In this document: positions 10,359 to 22,346 of the stretch, in pieces
Numbering within the stretch: position 1 is the first letter of the stretch
How the letters are laid out: each line of letters starts with the position of its first letter
Assembly (NCBI RefSeq): GCF_018350175.1
Contig: NC_058369.1
Location: 16,866,001-16,930,000, forward strand
Source of the DNA: Felis catus
Lineage: Eukaryota
DNA length: 64,000 bases
Reading direction: 5' to 3'
Position numbers and translations under genes: made by a program
The notes under the pieces: generated by a model
Databases searched by the model: none
Seen by the model: only the letters and a program-made list of their open reading frames with translations
What the model was told of the DNA's origin: nothing

Positions 10359-10573
10359 ACAGGCTTTGCCTACCCGGTTTTTCCGCCACATCCTCTCCCA
10401 CGCCGGTCTGCCCATGCCTAGCAGGGCCTCTCAGGTGGGCCTGGCCTCTCACTCCCATTCCCACTGCCTTCAGCCCTACCTGGCCCAGCCCGCACCCCTG
10501 TGGGGTTGAGACGTATCGCGGCCCTTGGGTCAAGTTCTCCTTTGTGGGACCTGACATTTTTCAGCTCTTTGCT

Positions 10574-10579
10574 ATTAAA
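10574..10579 (+). terminator. Candidate PTPN23 poly(A) signal ATTAAA
   Basis: ATTAAA 216 nt after the stop, followed by a GT-rich stretch (gttctgtggccagtgtct). Confidence 0.65.
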
Positions 10580-10943
10580 GTAATCAACCAACCCGTTCTG
10601 TGGCCAGTGTCTGCCCGCTGCTGCCTTAGGGAGGGAGCCGGAACTTCTTAGCAAGCTTGGACGTGGACAGGTAGGAGGACGACAGTGGGGTCTCCCCTGG
10701 TGTCCACACCTCAGAAAGGTTAAGAAAGAAGGCCTGCAGCACTGCTCCACCCTGTAACCAGCCCTCTACAGTCGTGTACAGCTCCTGCCTGGAGCAGCTC
10801 TCAGAGGCATGTGACTAAGTGCCGGGCGGGGTTCAGGCACACGGAGGGCACGCAGAAGTGATGGAGCAGCTTGAGGGGAAGATGCAAGTGGTTTGAAAGG
10901 CCCGTGACAGATGGGATTTAAAAAAAAAAAAACCAAAAAAACC

Positions 10944-10949
10944 TTTAAT
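10944..10949 (-). terminator. Candidate SCAP poly(A) signal ATTAAA
   Basis: Minus strand reads TGTAATATTAAAGG followed by U-rich tracts, ~90 nt after the stop. Confidence 0.7.
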
Positions 10950-11035
10950 ATTACAGTCAACGAGGCAGAACAGTTCTAGAGGCAGCTTCCAGAAGACTCA
11001 GCTCTGCACCGCAGCTCCTGCCCCCCCACCCCGCC

Positions 11036-11281
11036 TCAGTCCAGCTTCTCCAGCACAGAGGGTACATATACCAGGCTGAGCTCGCTGCCAAAGTTGCAGA
11101 CGATGGCGGCATTGTCCAGCACCAGGATCTGGCGGGTGGGCTGGGCCTCACTGTTCTTCCCCAGGTAGACAGTCTGTAACAGGTCCCCGTAGTTTAGGTC
11201 CCAAAAGGAGACACAGCCCTGGCCGCCAGTCACCAGCAAGTTGTCAGAGATGACACCCAAGCTTGCTCCACAGCCCAGGTC
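11036..11281 (-). CDS. SCAP: SCAP exon 23 (last)
   Basis: [20 protein letters not shown]...VPSVLEKLD*. Confidence 0.96.
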   Translation of the reverse strand, partial: DLGCGASLGVISDNLLVTGGQGCVSFWDLNYGDLLQTVYLGKNSEAQPTRQILVLDNAAIVCNFGSELSLVYVPSVLEKLD

Positions 11282-11362
11282 CTAGAGGCAAAGACAGGAT
11301 AACTTGGTATTGTAGCGAGGGATTCGAGACACTAACAGTCCTGTGGCCCCCAATGTGCCCAC

Positions 11363-11569
11363 CTGCTGAATGGAATAGAGCTTGATGCCTGTGCTACGGT
11401 CCCAGATGCTGATGAGGTCATCCAGACCACTACTGATGACGCAGGAGGTGGTGCAGGTGAGGGAGGTGACATCCCCACGGTGAGCGAACATGTGGCTGAC
11501 CCGGCTGCCAGTCAGTACATCCCACAGGCAGATGGCCCCATCTTGTCCTCCACTGGCCAGCACCATGGT
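11363..11569 (-). CDS. SCAP: SCAP exon 22 (WD40)
   Basis: [17 protein letters not shown]...LYSIQQ. Confidence 0.96.
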
Positions 11570-11751
11570 CTAAAGGAATAGGCCCAAGGGAGCCGGGTCA
11601 CCGGTGGAACACCTTTGGACCCAAGGGTGTCCCGGTGCCCTGGGAGTAGGGATCCTCACTGCTTCCCAGAAGGTTCTGAGGGCCAGCTGCTGAGAGTCAG
11701 AAACAAAACCCGTGGCTTGGTATCCCTGCACCCCACACACGGCCCCCTCAC

Positions 11752-11832
11752 CTGATCAATGTACACAGTTGTGATGGCCCCCGAGTGGCCCTGCAGGGTG
11801 AAGAGGCAACACGAGTCCTCCAGACGGAACAC
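11752..11832 (-). CDS. SCAP: SCAP exon 21
   Basis: [27 protein letters not shown]. Confidence 0.95.
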
Positions 11833-11978
11833 CTGGGGCAGGGACGGGCATCAGGTTCTGACCTCTGGCGTTTTCCCAATTACATGTGGGCCAGGAAGTC
11901 CCTCCTGCATCCCCTCCCTGGCTGACCCCCATCACCTGTGGCAGGCCACCCGGCACCCAAGAGATGGAGCCGACTCAC

Positions 11979-12136
11979 TCTCAGCGTGTGGTCTTGACTC
12001 CCAGTCACGAGGCGCCCAGCTGCCGCCTTCAGGGCCGTGATGGGTTTCTGGTGTGCACAGGGCACGGTGTGGGTCAGGCGACACGTTACCGTGTCACTGC
12101 TGCTGTACACAGGGGATGCGGGGGAACTGCTCCGCC
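11979..12136 (-). CDS. SCAP: SCAP exon 20
   Basis: ccccag|GG CGG AGC...; [16 protein letters not shown]...GSQDHTLR; acceptor inferred from phase. Confidence 0.88.
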
Positions 12137-12246
12137 CTGGGGACGACAGGCCCAGTCAGGGATCTCCGAGAAGACACCGTGCAGGCAGCCACCACACTCC
12201 GCCCGCCAGGTGCACGCACTCAGCCACCCAGCCTGGGCCCTCTGAC

Positions 12247-12329
12247 CTCGGAACTGCAGGGGGCTGAGGGCAGTGCCGGTCTCCAAGGAGAAGAAATCGA
12301 GGGAACCGTTGAGCCGGGCAGCCACGATC
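12247..12329 (-). CDS. SCAP: SCAP exon 19
   Basis: [27 protein letters not shown]|gtcag. Confidence 0.94.
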
Positions 12330-12895
12330 CTGGAAAAGAGTGGCTGCTGATGGCTCTCCCTCAGAACGCCCAGGCCCGGGGCCGAGCACTGTGGGCACCC
12401 GCCAGGTCAACTCCACCAGACGTAGGGACCGTGGCCAAGAGGCAAGTGCAGGGGCTGGGGAACATGCTGAAGCCGAGGGACCCAGGTTACAATTCTGTTC
12501 TGTGGCTCAGTCTCTTCATCTGTGAAATGGGGACAACTGCCCACCTTACAGGGTAGTCACGAGGGATAGTGTGTGAGGTGGTACCTGGAGAACATCATGT
12601 GAGACTGGAAGTTAAAAAAACAAGCACGTGCTGGGTGGGGTTCCCCTCCGCGGCCTGGAGCTCACGGAGGGGCTTCTGAGGAGGGGAAATCAGCCCCAAG
12701 GAGAGGCTGTGTGTTGGAGCCACAGGAGGTACTGTTGGGCGTCCCCTCTTAAAGCAGCTTCAGTCCAAGTACCACCCACTCTACGTCCTTTTTCACAAAG
12801 AAAAGATTTTCTTCACAGCCCAGGAATTCCTAAGCAGAGGTGGGGGCATTTGCCCAGTGGCCCCAAAACCTCAAAGTGAGTGGAGTTTAAAATCT

Positions 12896-13385
12896 TAGTT
12901 GGTTGAGCGTCCGACTTCAGCTCAGGTCACGATCTCACAGCTAATGAGTTCAAGCCCCGCATCGAGCTCTGTGCTGACAGCTCAGAGCCTGGAGCCCGCT
13001 TCAGATTCTGTCTCCCCATCTCTCTGCCCCTCCCCTGCTCATGCTCTGTCTCAAAAATAAAAACATTAAAAAAAAAAAAATCTTGCTCAGTTGGTTGAGC
13101 ATGACTTTGGCTCAGGTCATGCATGATCTCCTGGTTTGTGGGTTGGAGCTCCTTCATCGGGTTCTCTGTCAGCCTCTCCCTCTGCCCCTCCCCTATTTGC
13201 TGTTTCTCAAAAATAAATATTAAAAATTTTTAAAAAACAAAATAGGGGTGGCTCACTTGGTTGAGCGTCTGAGCCCCATGCTGACAGCTCAGAGTCTGGA
13301 GCCTCCTCCAGATTCTGTCTCTCTCTCTCTCTGCCCCTCCCCTGCTCGAGCTCTGGGTCTCTTAAAAAAAAAAAAAAAAAAAAAC
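12896..13385 (+). mobile_element. Cluster of three partial Can-SINEs
   Basis: Repeated ggttgagc..gacttcagctcaggtca heads with CT stretches and A-tails; aaaatctta flanks the cluster. Confidence 0.88.
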
Positions 13386-14209
13386 CCAAAATCTTACTCC
13401 AGCAAAAGGCCTACAAGCCCTGACTTTGAAGGGCCTGAGCCAAAGCCTGCAAAAGTATCGTGTCAGAGGGCTCGGCCGAGACCTGGGGGCCTTCCCTAAA
13501 CCTGATGAAACAAACAGAGGGGAAGAATTTACAAGTGTGAAGGGACCCAAAGAACTTGGCCAGGCTGGAGGGGAGGGTATCAGCCATGGCCTTTGCAAGC
13601 ACAGCCTAATGGGGCAAAAATAACAACAGCGGCCACCAGAACCTGAGCGCTAAGGGCAATGGGTACCCTGGCCCCGAGAAGAAAAAGGCTCCAGCTCTAG
13701 CTTAGGTATCAGGGACCCCGGAGGGCAGGGCCAGCACGGACGGACAGGTGAAGTGCTGAGGAGGCATCTGGTCGCAGCGAGACCTGGGTTTATCAGCCCA
13801 GAACAGGGAGCAAAAGCTCTGGTGGCCGGGCCCGCAGGCAGTGTGAGCAGGTGGAGTCCAGGAAGCACCCACAGCCAACAGGCATGCCAGGGAAGGAGGC
13901 GAGGGAGGTGTCCAGCACCAACCAGGAAGGGAAGTTTTCACACAAAAATTCTGCTGGAAAAGCATTTTTCTGCCACTGAAAATGCAGCCAAGACCGGATC
14001 AGGTCAGCAGTGATAGGCTAACGGGGGAAAGAAAACTCTGTGGTTTCCCTCTTGCATGCTGTCACAGTGGTCAAGGGCCTATTCTGAGGGCTTTAGTGGT
14101 CACCTCCCACTGTGTGGTTTACCCCCTGTTCACAGATGTGGGGCTGAGTACCGGGAAGGGACGAGGAAGGGAACATCTAGGGACAGGGCAAGCAGCCCAG
14201 TGCTCTCAC

Positions 14210-14295
14210 CTCTTGTCTAGGAAGACGAGGGCAGTGATACCCGAGGACACCTCCTCACTGCTGCAGCGCAGCGTGCCCTCGATGGCGTCCCACAC
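14210..14295 (-). CDS. SCAP: SCAP exon 18
   Basis: [28 protein letters not shown]. Confidence 0.95.
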
Positions 14296-14390
14296 CTGCA
14301 GGCCCAGAGGCGGTGAGCACCTGTGGGCCGGGGAGGCCCTCAAAGCCGCGTGGGGACTGCCCTCTGCCCACTCCCGGGGTCCCTGCCCAC

Positions 14391-14913
14391 CTCCAGGCGG
14401 CCGCTGCTCCGCCCCACCACGATAAGGCTGCCCTGCAGCTCCAAGCTCCAGATGGAGCCATCTGCGCTGGGAGCCCAGGCCAGGGACGGGGAGCCCTTCT
14501 CGGGAGGACAGACCCCGTCCTCCTCAGGGGTCAGGGGCGGCCCGGGCCCAGGGGAGGGCGGGCGCAGGGCTGGCGCGGGCCCCGGTGCCAAGCCATCCTC
14601 CTGGTACACGCGCTGCACCAGGCGGCTGAAGTCATAGCCCGGGCCGTCACGAGCACGGCTGCAGCCGGCCCGGTGCCGGGGTTCGGGCTGCGCGGGTTCC
14701 AAGAGCCTAGGCTGCGCCGAGAAGTTGGTGTCGATCAGGCAGGTGAGGTCTGGCTGGTCCCCGAAGAGGGCGGGCGGCGGAGGGCCCCGGGGGCGGTGCC
14801 GCAGGGGAGGGCTGTCCCCCGGCTCCTCCGGGCCCCCCTTCCCGCTGTCGGACAGCCGTTCCCAGCTCTCCTGAGCCTCGAACGCGCTGCCAACGCCACT
14901 GTCGCGGCGCTGC
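14391..14913 (-). CDS. SCAP: SCAP exon 17
   Basis: QRRDSGVGS...[17 protein letters not shown]...VGRSSGRLE. Confidence 0.94.
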
Positions 14914-15020
14914 CTGTCGGGGGGTGGAGGGGGGGCCGGGATGACGGAGTGAGGACGGAAGGGGGTGACGGGCAGGGAGTGTGGGAGGAGGGTGGGGCAC
15001 GGGTGGGGCCGGGCACCTAC

Positions 15021-15136
15021 CCCGGGCGTGGGATGCGCGTGAGGCAGTCCCCGGTCTGCGCGTCCCACACACAGACGTGGCCCGCCAGGCAGCAGCTCAC
15101 CAGCAGCATGCCGTCGCTGGCCAGACACTCGATGTC
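15021..15136 (-). CDS. SCAP: SCAP exon 16
   Basis: [38 protein letters not shown]. Confidence 0.95.
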
Positions 15137-15214
15137 CTGCGGGGACGGGGCACGTGGGCATGGGCAGAACCTGGCCCCGCCCCCGCCCCCGCCCCCCCGG
15201 CCGGCAATGCTCAC

Positions 15215-15416
15215 CATGAGGTGCCCGCGCAGCACCAGCGGCACGATCTCCGTCTCCGGCGGCGCGTAGCCGTAGTCGTCGCAGGGCAGCTCCCCGCGCC
15301 GCCGCCGGCCGGGCCCGCTGCCGGGCTGCCCGTAGTTGCGCGGGCAGAGCACGCGGTAGAGGCAGAGCAGCAACAGCACGAGCACCATGCCGGCCGCCAG
15401 GCCGAGCGCTGCCACC
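15215..15416 (-). CDS. SCAP: SCAP exon 15 (TM8)
   Basis: [30 protein letters not shown]...VLRGHLM. Confidence 0.95.
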
Positions 15417-15488
15417 CTGCGCGGGCGGGAACGTGGTTAGGCGCGCCGCCGGCCCCCGCCGACCACCCCCCCCCCCCACGGGCCTTAC

Positions 15489-15677
15489 TTGTACAGGGTG
15501 ACGTCGCCGTGGGCCTGCGCCGTCCCCGGCGCCCTGGGACCGGCCTCCCAGGGCCCACCCAGCCCGGGCCGCCGCGGGGGCCAAGCGCTGCGGCCGTCCT
15601 GAGGGTGCCGCCCCTCCAGGGCCTCCCTGGGGTTGAGGCGCAGCGTGACCGGGATGACGGGCAGCAGGCTGATGTAC
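15489..15677 (-). CDS. SCAP: SCAP exon 14
   Basis: [27 protein letters not shown]...DVTLY. Confidence 0.95.
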
Positions 15678-16164
15678 CTGGGGGAGGGGGGGGGAGGGGG
15701 GCGCGGTCGGCGGGGTGCCTTCAGAAGGGCCTTCCCCGCTTGCCAGGCGGACTGGCTCAACCTGCCGGACTCCAAGCCCACCCTCTGGGGACGGTCTTGG
15801 GTGGGTGGGGGCGGTACAGAGTCCTGTCCCTCCCGGCCCAGCTCAGGGCACCCAACCCTGCTCTGGTACAGGCAGCAGTACCAATACTGCCGCCACCGAA
15901 TGCCGGCCGCCCCCACCACCCATCGTGGCACAGAGCGGGCGAAGGCCCGCGCGAGTCGATCTCATTCCAGCCCAGGGGCTGGCAGCGGCCTGGGACTCCC
16001 TGGAGCACAGCGCAATGCTGCTGACTTGAGCCCTAGTTCCTACCTCACAACCCTATGCTGTTTTCCTGAAAGGAAACGCAGAATTCAAACCGGTGGGTCT
16101 CCCCCTCTGGAGCGGGTGAGCTGACACCGAGTGGGGAGGTGGCACCTGGCACAGCCCAGCTCAC

Positions 16165-16541
16165 CTCTTGGCCAGGGTGATGTTGTAGTAGCTGAAGAGC
16201 GTAGGCCAGTGGCGGAAGGAGAGTTTCCTCCAAAGTTCCTCATCCTCAGGCCCCCAGGTTACCTCTGGCACTGGGCTGTCCTGGGCGCCCTCTGCTGGAC
16301 CCCCAGGCTCGGGTGGCTCTCCCAGCAACGTCTGGTTCTCGGACAACTTAGGGGCATCAGCGGGGAAGATGGAGAAGGCAGGGTCCGGGTGGCTGGCAGG
16401 CAGCACGCCGCTAGGCACGGGCATGGGAGTCAGGGCGCCCTCGCCCAGCGGGCTCTGTTCTGTCACCTGCGCGGCAAGGTAGGTACGCAGCCCTGCCGGG
16501 TCCGTGTACACCAGGATGCCGATCCAGACAACCGTGCCAGC
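16165..16541 (-). CDS. SCAP: SCAP exon 13 (TM7, loop 7)
   Basis: [18 protein letters not shown]...[15 protein letters not shown]. Confidence 0.95.
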
Positions 16542-17378
16542 CTACAGGGGGCAGTGGGTGCTTAGTGTGGCCTCTGGGTGGCCCCGAACCCCGGCAGCGG
16601 TGGCCGTCGTGCCAGGAAGCAGCAGCACAGGGACCTCACGTCTGGGGATGGGGAGAGGACACAGGCCCCAATCCTCTTCCCTTCTGCCTGGTCATGTCCT
16701 TTCACTACCACCTGGGCCAACTGCCATTAAAGGGACCTAGTTCCCTTTCCATGGTCACAGTTTGGGTTTCCTGGCCTAGAAATACAAAGAGCATCCTCAG
16801 AACTTCCTTCCCCAACCCCCATATCAAAAAGTGGCCACCATTCCCACGGTCAGCACAGCAAGAAGGACGGGCTGGCTGACCTGTTCCAGAGACACTTATG
16901 GGTGCGCCCATCCTCAGAGGACCTCAGTCCTGCTCCCTCTCACTGTAGCTCCATGGGGGCACCACGGCTGGCCAACGGCCAGCCCTGCTCCTCTGCTGCT
17001 CCCCAGTCCAGCCAGTGAATTATCTGGGCCAGAATTTTCTGATGCCTGCGCACTATGTAGCAGGGAAACCCTGCTCAGGGAACCATGGTAGTTCCAACCA
17101 TGGTGGTTCCGCCCTGTCTACCAGGCTCCTGTCCTGGGTCCCTCTCGGGAGATGACGACTCTTCTACCTGATGCCCCCGGGGCTGCTTCTCCCAGAGATA
17201 GGCTTCACCTCAGAAGCCACCAGGGTCTGGCCAGGAAGGTACGGTGGGCAGCCTCCCAAAGTCAGGCTTCATGGGGCCATGATGGCCTAAGGAGCACCCC
17301 CACCTCCAAGGCAAAGTGCAAGAGTCTGGAGGGAACTGAGTGCTGGCCCTCGAAGGGCAGGGCAGGGGTGGCAGGTAC

Positions 17379-17597
17379 CATGATAAGGCGCTGTGCCAGG
17401 CGAGTGCGGGCCAGGAAGTAGATGACACGCAGCCTCTTCGGGAGCCGCAGGTTTCGGAAGGACGACGGTTGCAGCGTGATGGTGTGGGGTGTGGACGGCC
17501 GCACAGCCAGCTGACGCTCAAAGCGTGCCGGCCGCCCCACTGGCTTTGCTGGGGGCAGGCAGGCCTCAGAGGGCAACCGCTTGTTCAGGTCTGCTAG
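17379..17597 (-). CDS. SCAP: SCAP exon 12
   Basis: LADLNKRLP...[12 protein letters not shown]; second half of MELADL. Confidence 0.95.
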
Positions 17598-17745
17598 CTG
17601 TTGGGGGCACGGTAGTCAGGGCTCAAGGCTGCACGGGAGGCGGGGGACTGCCCCTGACCAAAGCCCGCACTGCTCTCACCCCAAGCCCTGAGCATGGCGA
17701 GGGCCAGGGGGGAGGCTGGTGGGGCAAGGCACAGCCCACTCCTAC

Positions 17746-17844
17746 CTCCATTCGGCGAATGTCAATGGACAGGACAGTGGTGAAAAACAGCATCTGAAGG
17801 AAGAAGTCTGACACCAGGCCCACGACAGCAAAGAGACAGAACTC
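17746..17844 (-). CDS. SCAP: SCAP exon 11
   Basis: [33 protein letters not shown]. Confidence 0.96.
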
Positions 17845-19056
17845 CTGGAATCAGAGATGAGGGCACACGATGACATCATGGCCTAGCACCCGAGAAGCAG
17901 CTCCCTGCTTGCAGGCACCTCAGAATCTGCAAGGCAGTGGCAGGCAGAGCACAGCAAAAAAGAGATGCTGGTAAGTTCTGAGTCTGGGAGTGGCCAAGGA
18001 GGGACAGTGCCAGCTGCTCCCACCACCCCACCAGGGGGCAGCAGAGACCCCATGCACCTTTATGCACAGAAGGCTGAAGGGGATGAGCTTTCCCTACATC
18101 TTCCATCCCCCGAGAGAAGAGGGCCTGATCCAATCTTGAAAGCTCTGAGCCCCACCAGCCTGCCCCCCAAAAAGCCCTCCCCCACTAACCCCCTGGCCCT
18201 GCTCAAATGCTATGACCAACACCTGCCTGGAGCCCAGGCTGACCCATCATCAGGACTCTCAGAAAGCTTCCTGGCCAGTGACTGCAAGGGACCAAAGTGG
18301 GCGAGAGGACAGGAGGGAATTAATTTCTGCCCTGAAACTGAATAAAGGTAGTCTCTCTGCTCCCCAAACTCTGCTCACATTTCAGCCTTCTTCCCCTGCC
18401 CTTCACCACAGCTGCCATTCGAATCGGGGGGGCAGAGGAGGGATCTAGCCCATGGTGGCACAGTGGCCAAGTCCGCTCCTATGTCACAAGACGGCAGTAT
18501 GTCCTGCAGATGCCCTCTGGGTAAAAGTCTGCAGCCCTCTGTTCTCTGCTCACCCCCACAACTCAGTAGGCCCACCAGCATTGGGGAAGGACAGGGAGGA
18601 CATCACTCCCTTCCGTCAACCCCTCAAGCAACAGTCATCGAGTCCGGGTTCTGGCCCAGTGGAGGTCCTCCTCCACCTGCTCACAGCCCCACAGCTGAGT
18701 GAGGCACTTGGCCAAGAGCAGGAGCCACTCTGAGCAATGGGTGGTAGCCATGTGTCTGGAGGCCACATATGGGGGTCGGGGCTAAGCCTAGGAAAGAGGA
18801 GGGCACAGATTCAGGGACCCACGATGTTTCTGCCTGAGAAAAGAGAAACAGGTGTGACTGGAACTGGGCTGAGAACCTCTGAACCAGGGCTGCCAGGAGC
18901 ACTGTGCACAGAACCACCATCCCGGCAGCAGAGAGGTCCCATCTCCCAGGTGAGGGTGCCTGTGTTGAGAAGGGTGCACCCTGCACAGAGCTGCACAGCT
19001 GGGGAACTGGTCAACTGCTTCTGCGCTCACCCGAGTGGCGGGCCCTGGGGCCTTAC

Positions 19057-19151
19057 CTGGATGGCGGGCACCAGGGTGAAGTAGCCAATGAGGATGATGC
19101 CCAGCTCTGTGGCCATGTTCTTCATGATGGACCAGCTCTCGCTGCTTAGGC
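19057..19151 (-). CDS. SCAP: SCAP exon 10
   Basis: [31 protein letters not shown]. Confidence 0.95.
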
Positions 19152-20168
19152 CTGCAGAGGACAACAACAGGGCCTTGGGGCCAGCACATGTCTGCGCACA
19201 ACCTTGTGCTCCTCAGACGGGAGAGGCACGGGGAGGGCGCCCAGCCTTCTGAGGCGGCGACTCCACCACGGCGCCCCTGGCTCGGGACGCTGCCGGGGCC
19301 CAGGCTCCAGGTGCTGCCGTCACTGCACAGTCGCCATGAAGAAGGGGCCGAGGGGGGCACAGAGGCAGGGAGAGGCAGGGTGCCAAGGTGAGCAGTGCCA
19401 TCCACTCTGGCACAGCCGGCCTCCACGGATTGTCCTGTCCGGTCAGCACGGGCATGGTGTGAGTGTGCCTGCCCACACGTGGCAGAGGCCCGAGCAATGG
19501 AAGTGCCAGCTGTTCTTCCTCCAGCCCTTCCCCCACAGCGAGCCCCTGGTGGGAAAGGCGCCACGTCCCCTCACATCCTCAGAGCTCCCCATCTAGTGCA
19601 GGGCCTGGCCTCTCACAGGAGTTCACGAAGGTTCCTCGAATGAATAAACAGTCTACCCTTGGCCTTGTTCCCACAGCCCTGGGGTCCGGAGGAGGAAGTG
19701 CAACACTTCAGACTTTCAGGCCTAGGCTCCCTGCCCACTTTCCTCAGAACCCCGATCCCCAGCTCCTGGCACTGAGTCCACGGGGCCTTTTCTGGCAGTT
19801 GTGGAGACAGCGTCTCTGAAGTGAGCAGCCACAGAAGCCTGGACCTAGTGTGGTGGAGTGTGGCAGGGAGAGCAAGCACCAGGTACCAGTCTGGACAAAG
19901 GGCCACTGAACACACGAGTCCCGCAGCAGAGTCCAGTTTGTGTTCTTACTGACATGTGAACCAGGACACGGTAAAGTCCAGCGACTCTTTGGTTCCTCAG
20001 GGCACACGCTAACAAGCTGCCAAGGCCTGGTGGCCCACACCAGATTACACTAGAGGGCAGAGCAAGGGTGACGTCTGGGGCTCCCCATCTCCCCCGCAGG
20101 AGGAAGCCCAGCACAGACCGCCCGCCCGCCCGCCCGCCCTGGCGCACCCCCACAGCCGGCCGTGTTAC

Positions 20169-20281
20169 CTTGGGCAATGCGCAGCTTCACCTCGAGGTCC
20201 ACTGGGGTCGAGACCACGGACTTGGTGAGCACCAACACGTTCTCTAACCCAATAACCACCACAAGGTAGGGGAAAATCTCT
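20169..20281 (-). CDS. SCAP: SCAP exon 9
   Basis: [37 protein letters not shown]. Confidence 0.96.
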
Positions 20282-21124
20282 CTGAGGACAGAGAGGGAGA
20301 GGGTGAGGACAGTGCTGAGGAGGGCCCCCAACACAGGCTGGTTCTCAACAGGTTTGGGCCCCAGGAAGGCTGTGGGGTTTGAAGCCTGTAGTGAGAGGCA
20401 GCTGAGTGACTTCCAGAAGCACAGAGCAGAAACCCTAGACTCCCCCGCTGTGCTACAATAGGGCCTCTGCCTACCCAGTTCTCGGCTTTCAGGCCGGCAA
20501 GCATCCCTGCCTCTGACTATGCAGCACAGCGGAAGGAGGGCCAGAGGGGCCCCCAGCAGTCGGAGCAGCCTTCTTCCACACAGGGCTCTGCTGGCCAGAG
20601 GAAAGGACCGTGGCCGGGACCCCTCGGCAGCACCGCAGGCCAAGCCATCGGGACTAAGTGGAAGCGGAATGAGAGGAGCTCCAAGCCCTGCTCGGCCCTG
20701 GAGAGACTGTTTGGAGAACTGGTCCTAAAGAAAACTACTAAGCTCTCTGGGACCACAGGCTCACACCACTGGAGATGAACAGGGCGCACCAGCTGAGGTG
20801 TGTGCCTCACGGGACCTCTGCTGTGGGGCAGTGGAAATGAGGGCTCTGAGGAGGCTCTGGCACAGCAGCCAGCCACGGGGGAGGGGTGTCAGCATCAGGT
20901 TCAGGAAAGGAAGCAAGTGTTCCACGAGTAAGGGAAGTAGCAGAGAACACAACATTGCTGCTCCTGCAACTGGCCTGACAAGCCAGGGAGGGGACAGCCA
21001 GTCAGTGACCACTAACAGACAGGTGGGCGGGGCCTAGGAGACAGGGCTTCCAGCCGACTGGGAGATAAAGGACAAAAGAAAGCAAATATCATTGGAAAGG
21101 CGGCAAATTCAAGTGTGCTTGTGT

Positions 21125-21358
21125 CTTTTTTTTTTTTAAATGACGTTTATCCATCTATTTTTGATAGAGAGAGACAGAGAGACAGAGAGTGCATGCTAGT
21201 GCAAGCAGGGGAACAACCGAGAGAGAGGGAGACAGAGAATCCCAAACAGGCCCCACACTGACAGTGCAGAGCTTATGCAGGGTTCAAACCATGAGATCAC
21301 GACCTGAGCCAAAATCAAGAGTCGCTCACTCAACTGTCTGAGCCGCCTGGGTGCCCCT
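21125..21358 (-). mobile_element. Can-SINE
   Basis: T-tail, GA stretch, ...ctgagccgcctgggtgcccc. Confidence 0.88.
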
Positions 21359-21494
21359 GTGCTTATGGTCTTTTAAAAACTTACTCTGAAATGACCTATT
21401 CTATTAGTCACTTAAATGTTTTAATAGTAAAAAAAAAAAAAAAAAAGGGAAAACCCGTGTGTGCCTTAAGCCATCAAGGAGTAGAATGCAGGAG

Positions 21495-21685
21495 TATATG
21501 TAATATGTGAACACACAGACACCTATACACACACACACACATGCAATACAAGGGTATACATATGCATACACACTTATATACACATACACGAATACACGTT
21601 CCACATATACACACATGTATGTACACACACATGCCTATATATATGTATATATAGATATACTACATATACACGTATATGAATATAA
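21495..21685. repeat. Degenerate (CA/TA)n low-complexity tract
   Basis: Alternating purine-pyrimidine run. Confidence 0.85.
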
Positions 21686-21823
21686 GCCCAATAACTCAAA
21701 GGTAAAAAGTGTACCTCTTAAATGTCAAAATAACAACGTGAAGATATAGGGTAACGGCAAGCCCAGGGGCTCTCCAGCCTGAGGGTACTCCCTGAAGCTC
21801 AGCGGAGCCTAGTGGGGACCTAC

Positions 21824-21950
21824 CCGCCGTTGAGGGTGGGTGTCAGGCCGAAGAGTGTGCAGAGCCCCACAGACATGAGCAGCGAGCTGAGCACTGTGAC
21901 CACGGCAGCCAGAGCCAGCCCCCACTTGGACTTGACCATGTCGATCTTGC
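21824..21950 (-). CDS. SCAP: SCAP exon 8
   Basis: [41 protein letters not shown]. Confidence 0.96.
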
Positions 21951-22346
21951 CTGGAGGGCAGAGAGGGCACATCAGGGCTGCATCTCTCCCAGAACCAGAC
22001 TCATAGGGCCCTTCTGTGCAGAGCTCCTAGGAGTAGAGTGTGCCCTGACAGCTGAGGAAGGGACGGCCCCTGGTTTAACCTAAGAAAAGGATGACCACGT
22101 ATACTTCATACTTCCCAGTCTCAGAGGAGGAGTGTGTCTTTTGGGAACCCTAACCCAGGAAAGATCTTTTCCTGAGAAGCCAGAAAAGCCATGGACCCAC
22201 CCGAGCCCCTGAGACTCTGCTGGGGGATGAAGCCCTGGGCGTGTCTGACATCTCTCCCCAAGCCACCTCCAGAGGCAGGGAGGCAGGCGGTCTGGAATGC
22301 CCGTTTAGCTTGGAGGAAGCCCCTAGCCTCTGTGCTCTGGACCTAC

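Larger units (their letters stand above)
14380..15960. promoter_or_regulatory. Intragenic CpG island over SCAP exons 14-17 with a GC-box cluster
   Basis: Very high GC and CpG including introns; repeated CCCCGC at 15175-15198. Confidence 0.75.

Noticed and set aside
15417..15488. 72-nt 3n SCAP intron as an in-frame retention candidate
   Set aside because: Retention gives AAG TAA immediately, a stop codon
14313..16024. Long ORFs of 318 and 347 aa (+) and 414 aa (-) over SCAP exons 14-17
   Set aside because: Stop-poor GC-rich shadow frames; low-complexity Gly/Pro/Arg products, and the 414-aa ORF merely runs into exon 17
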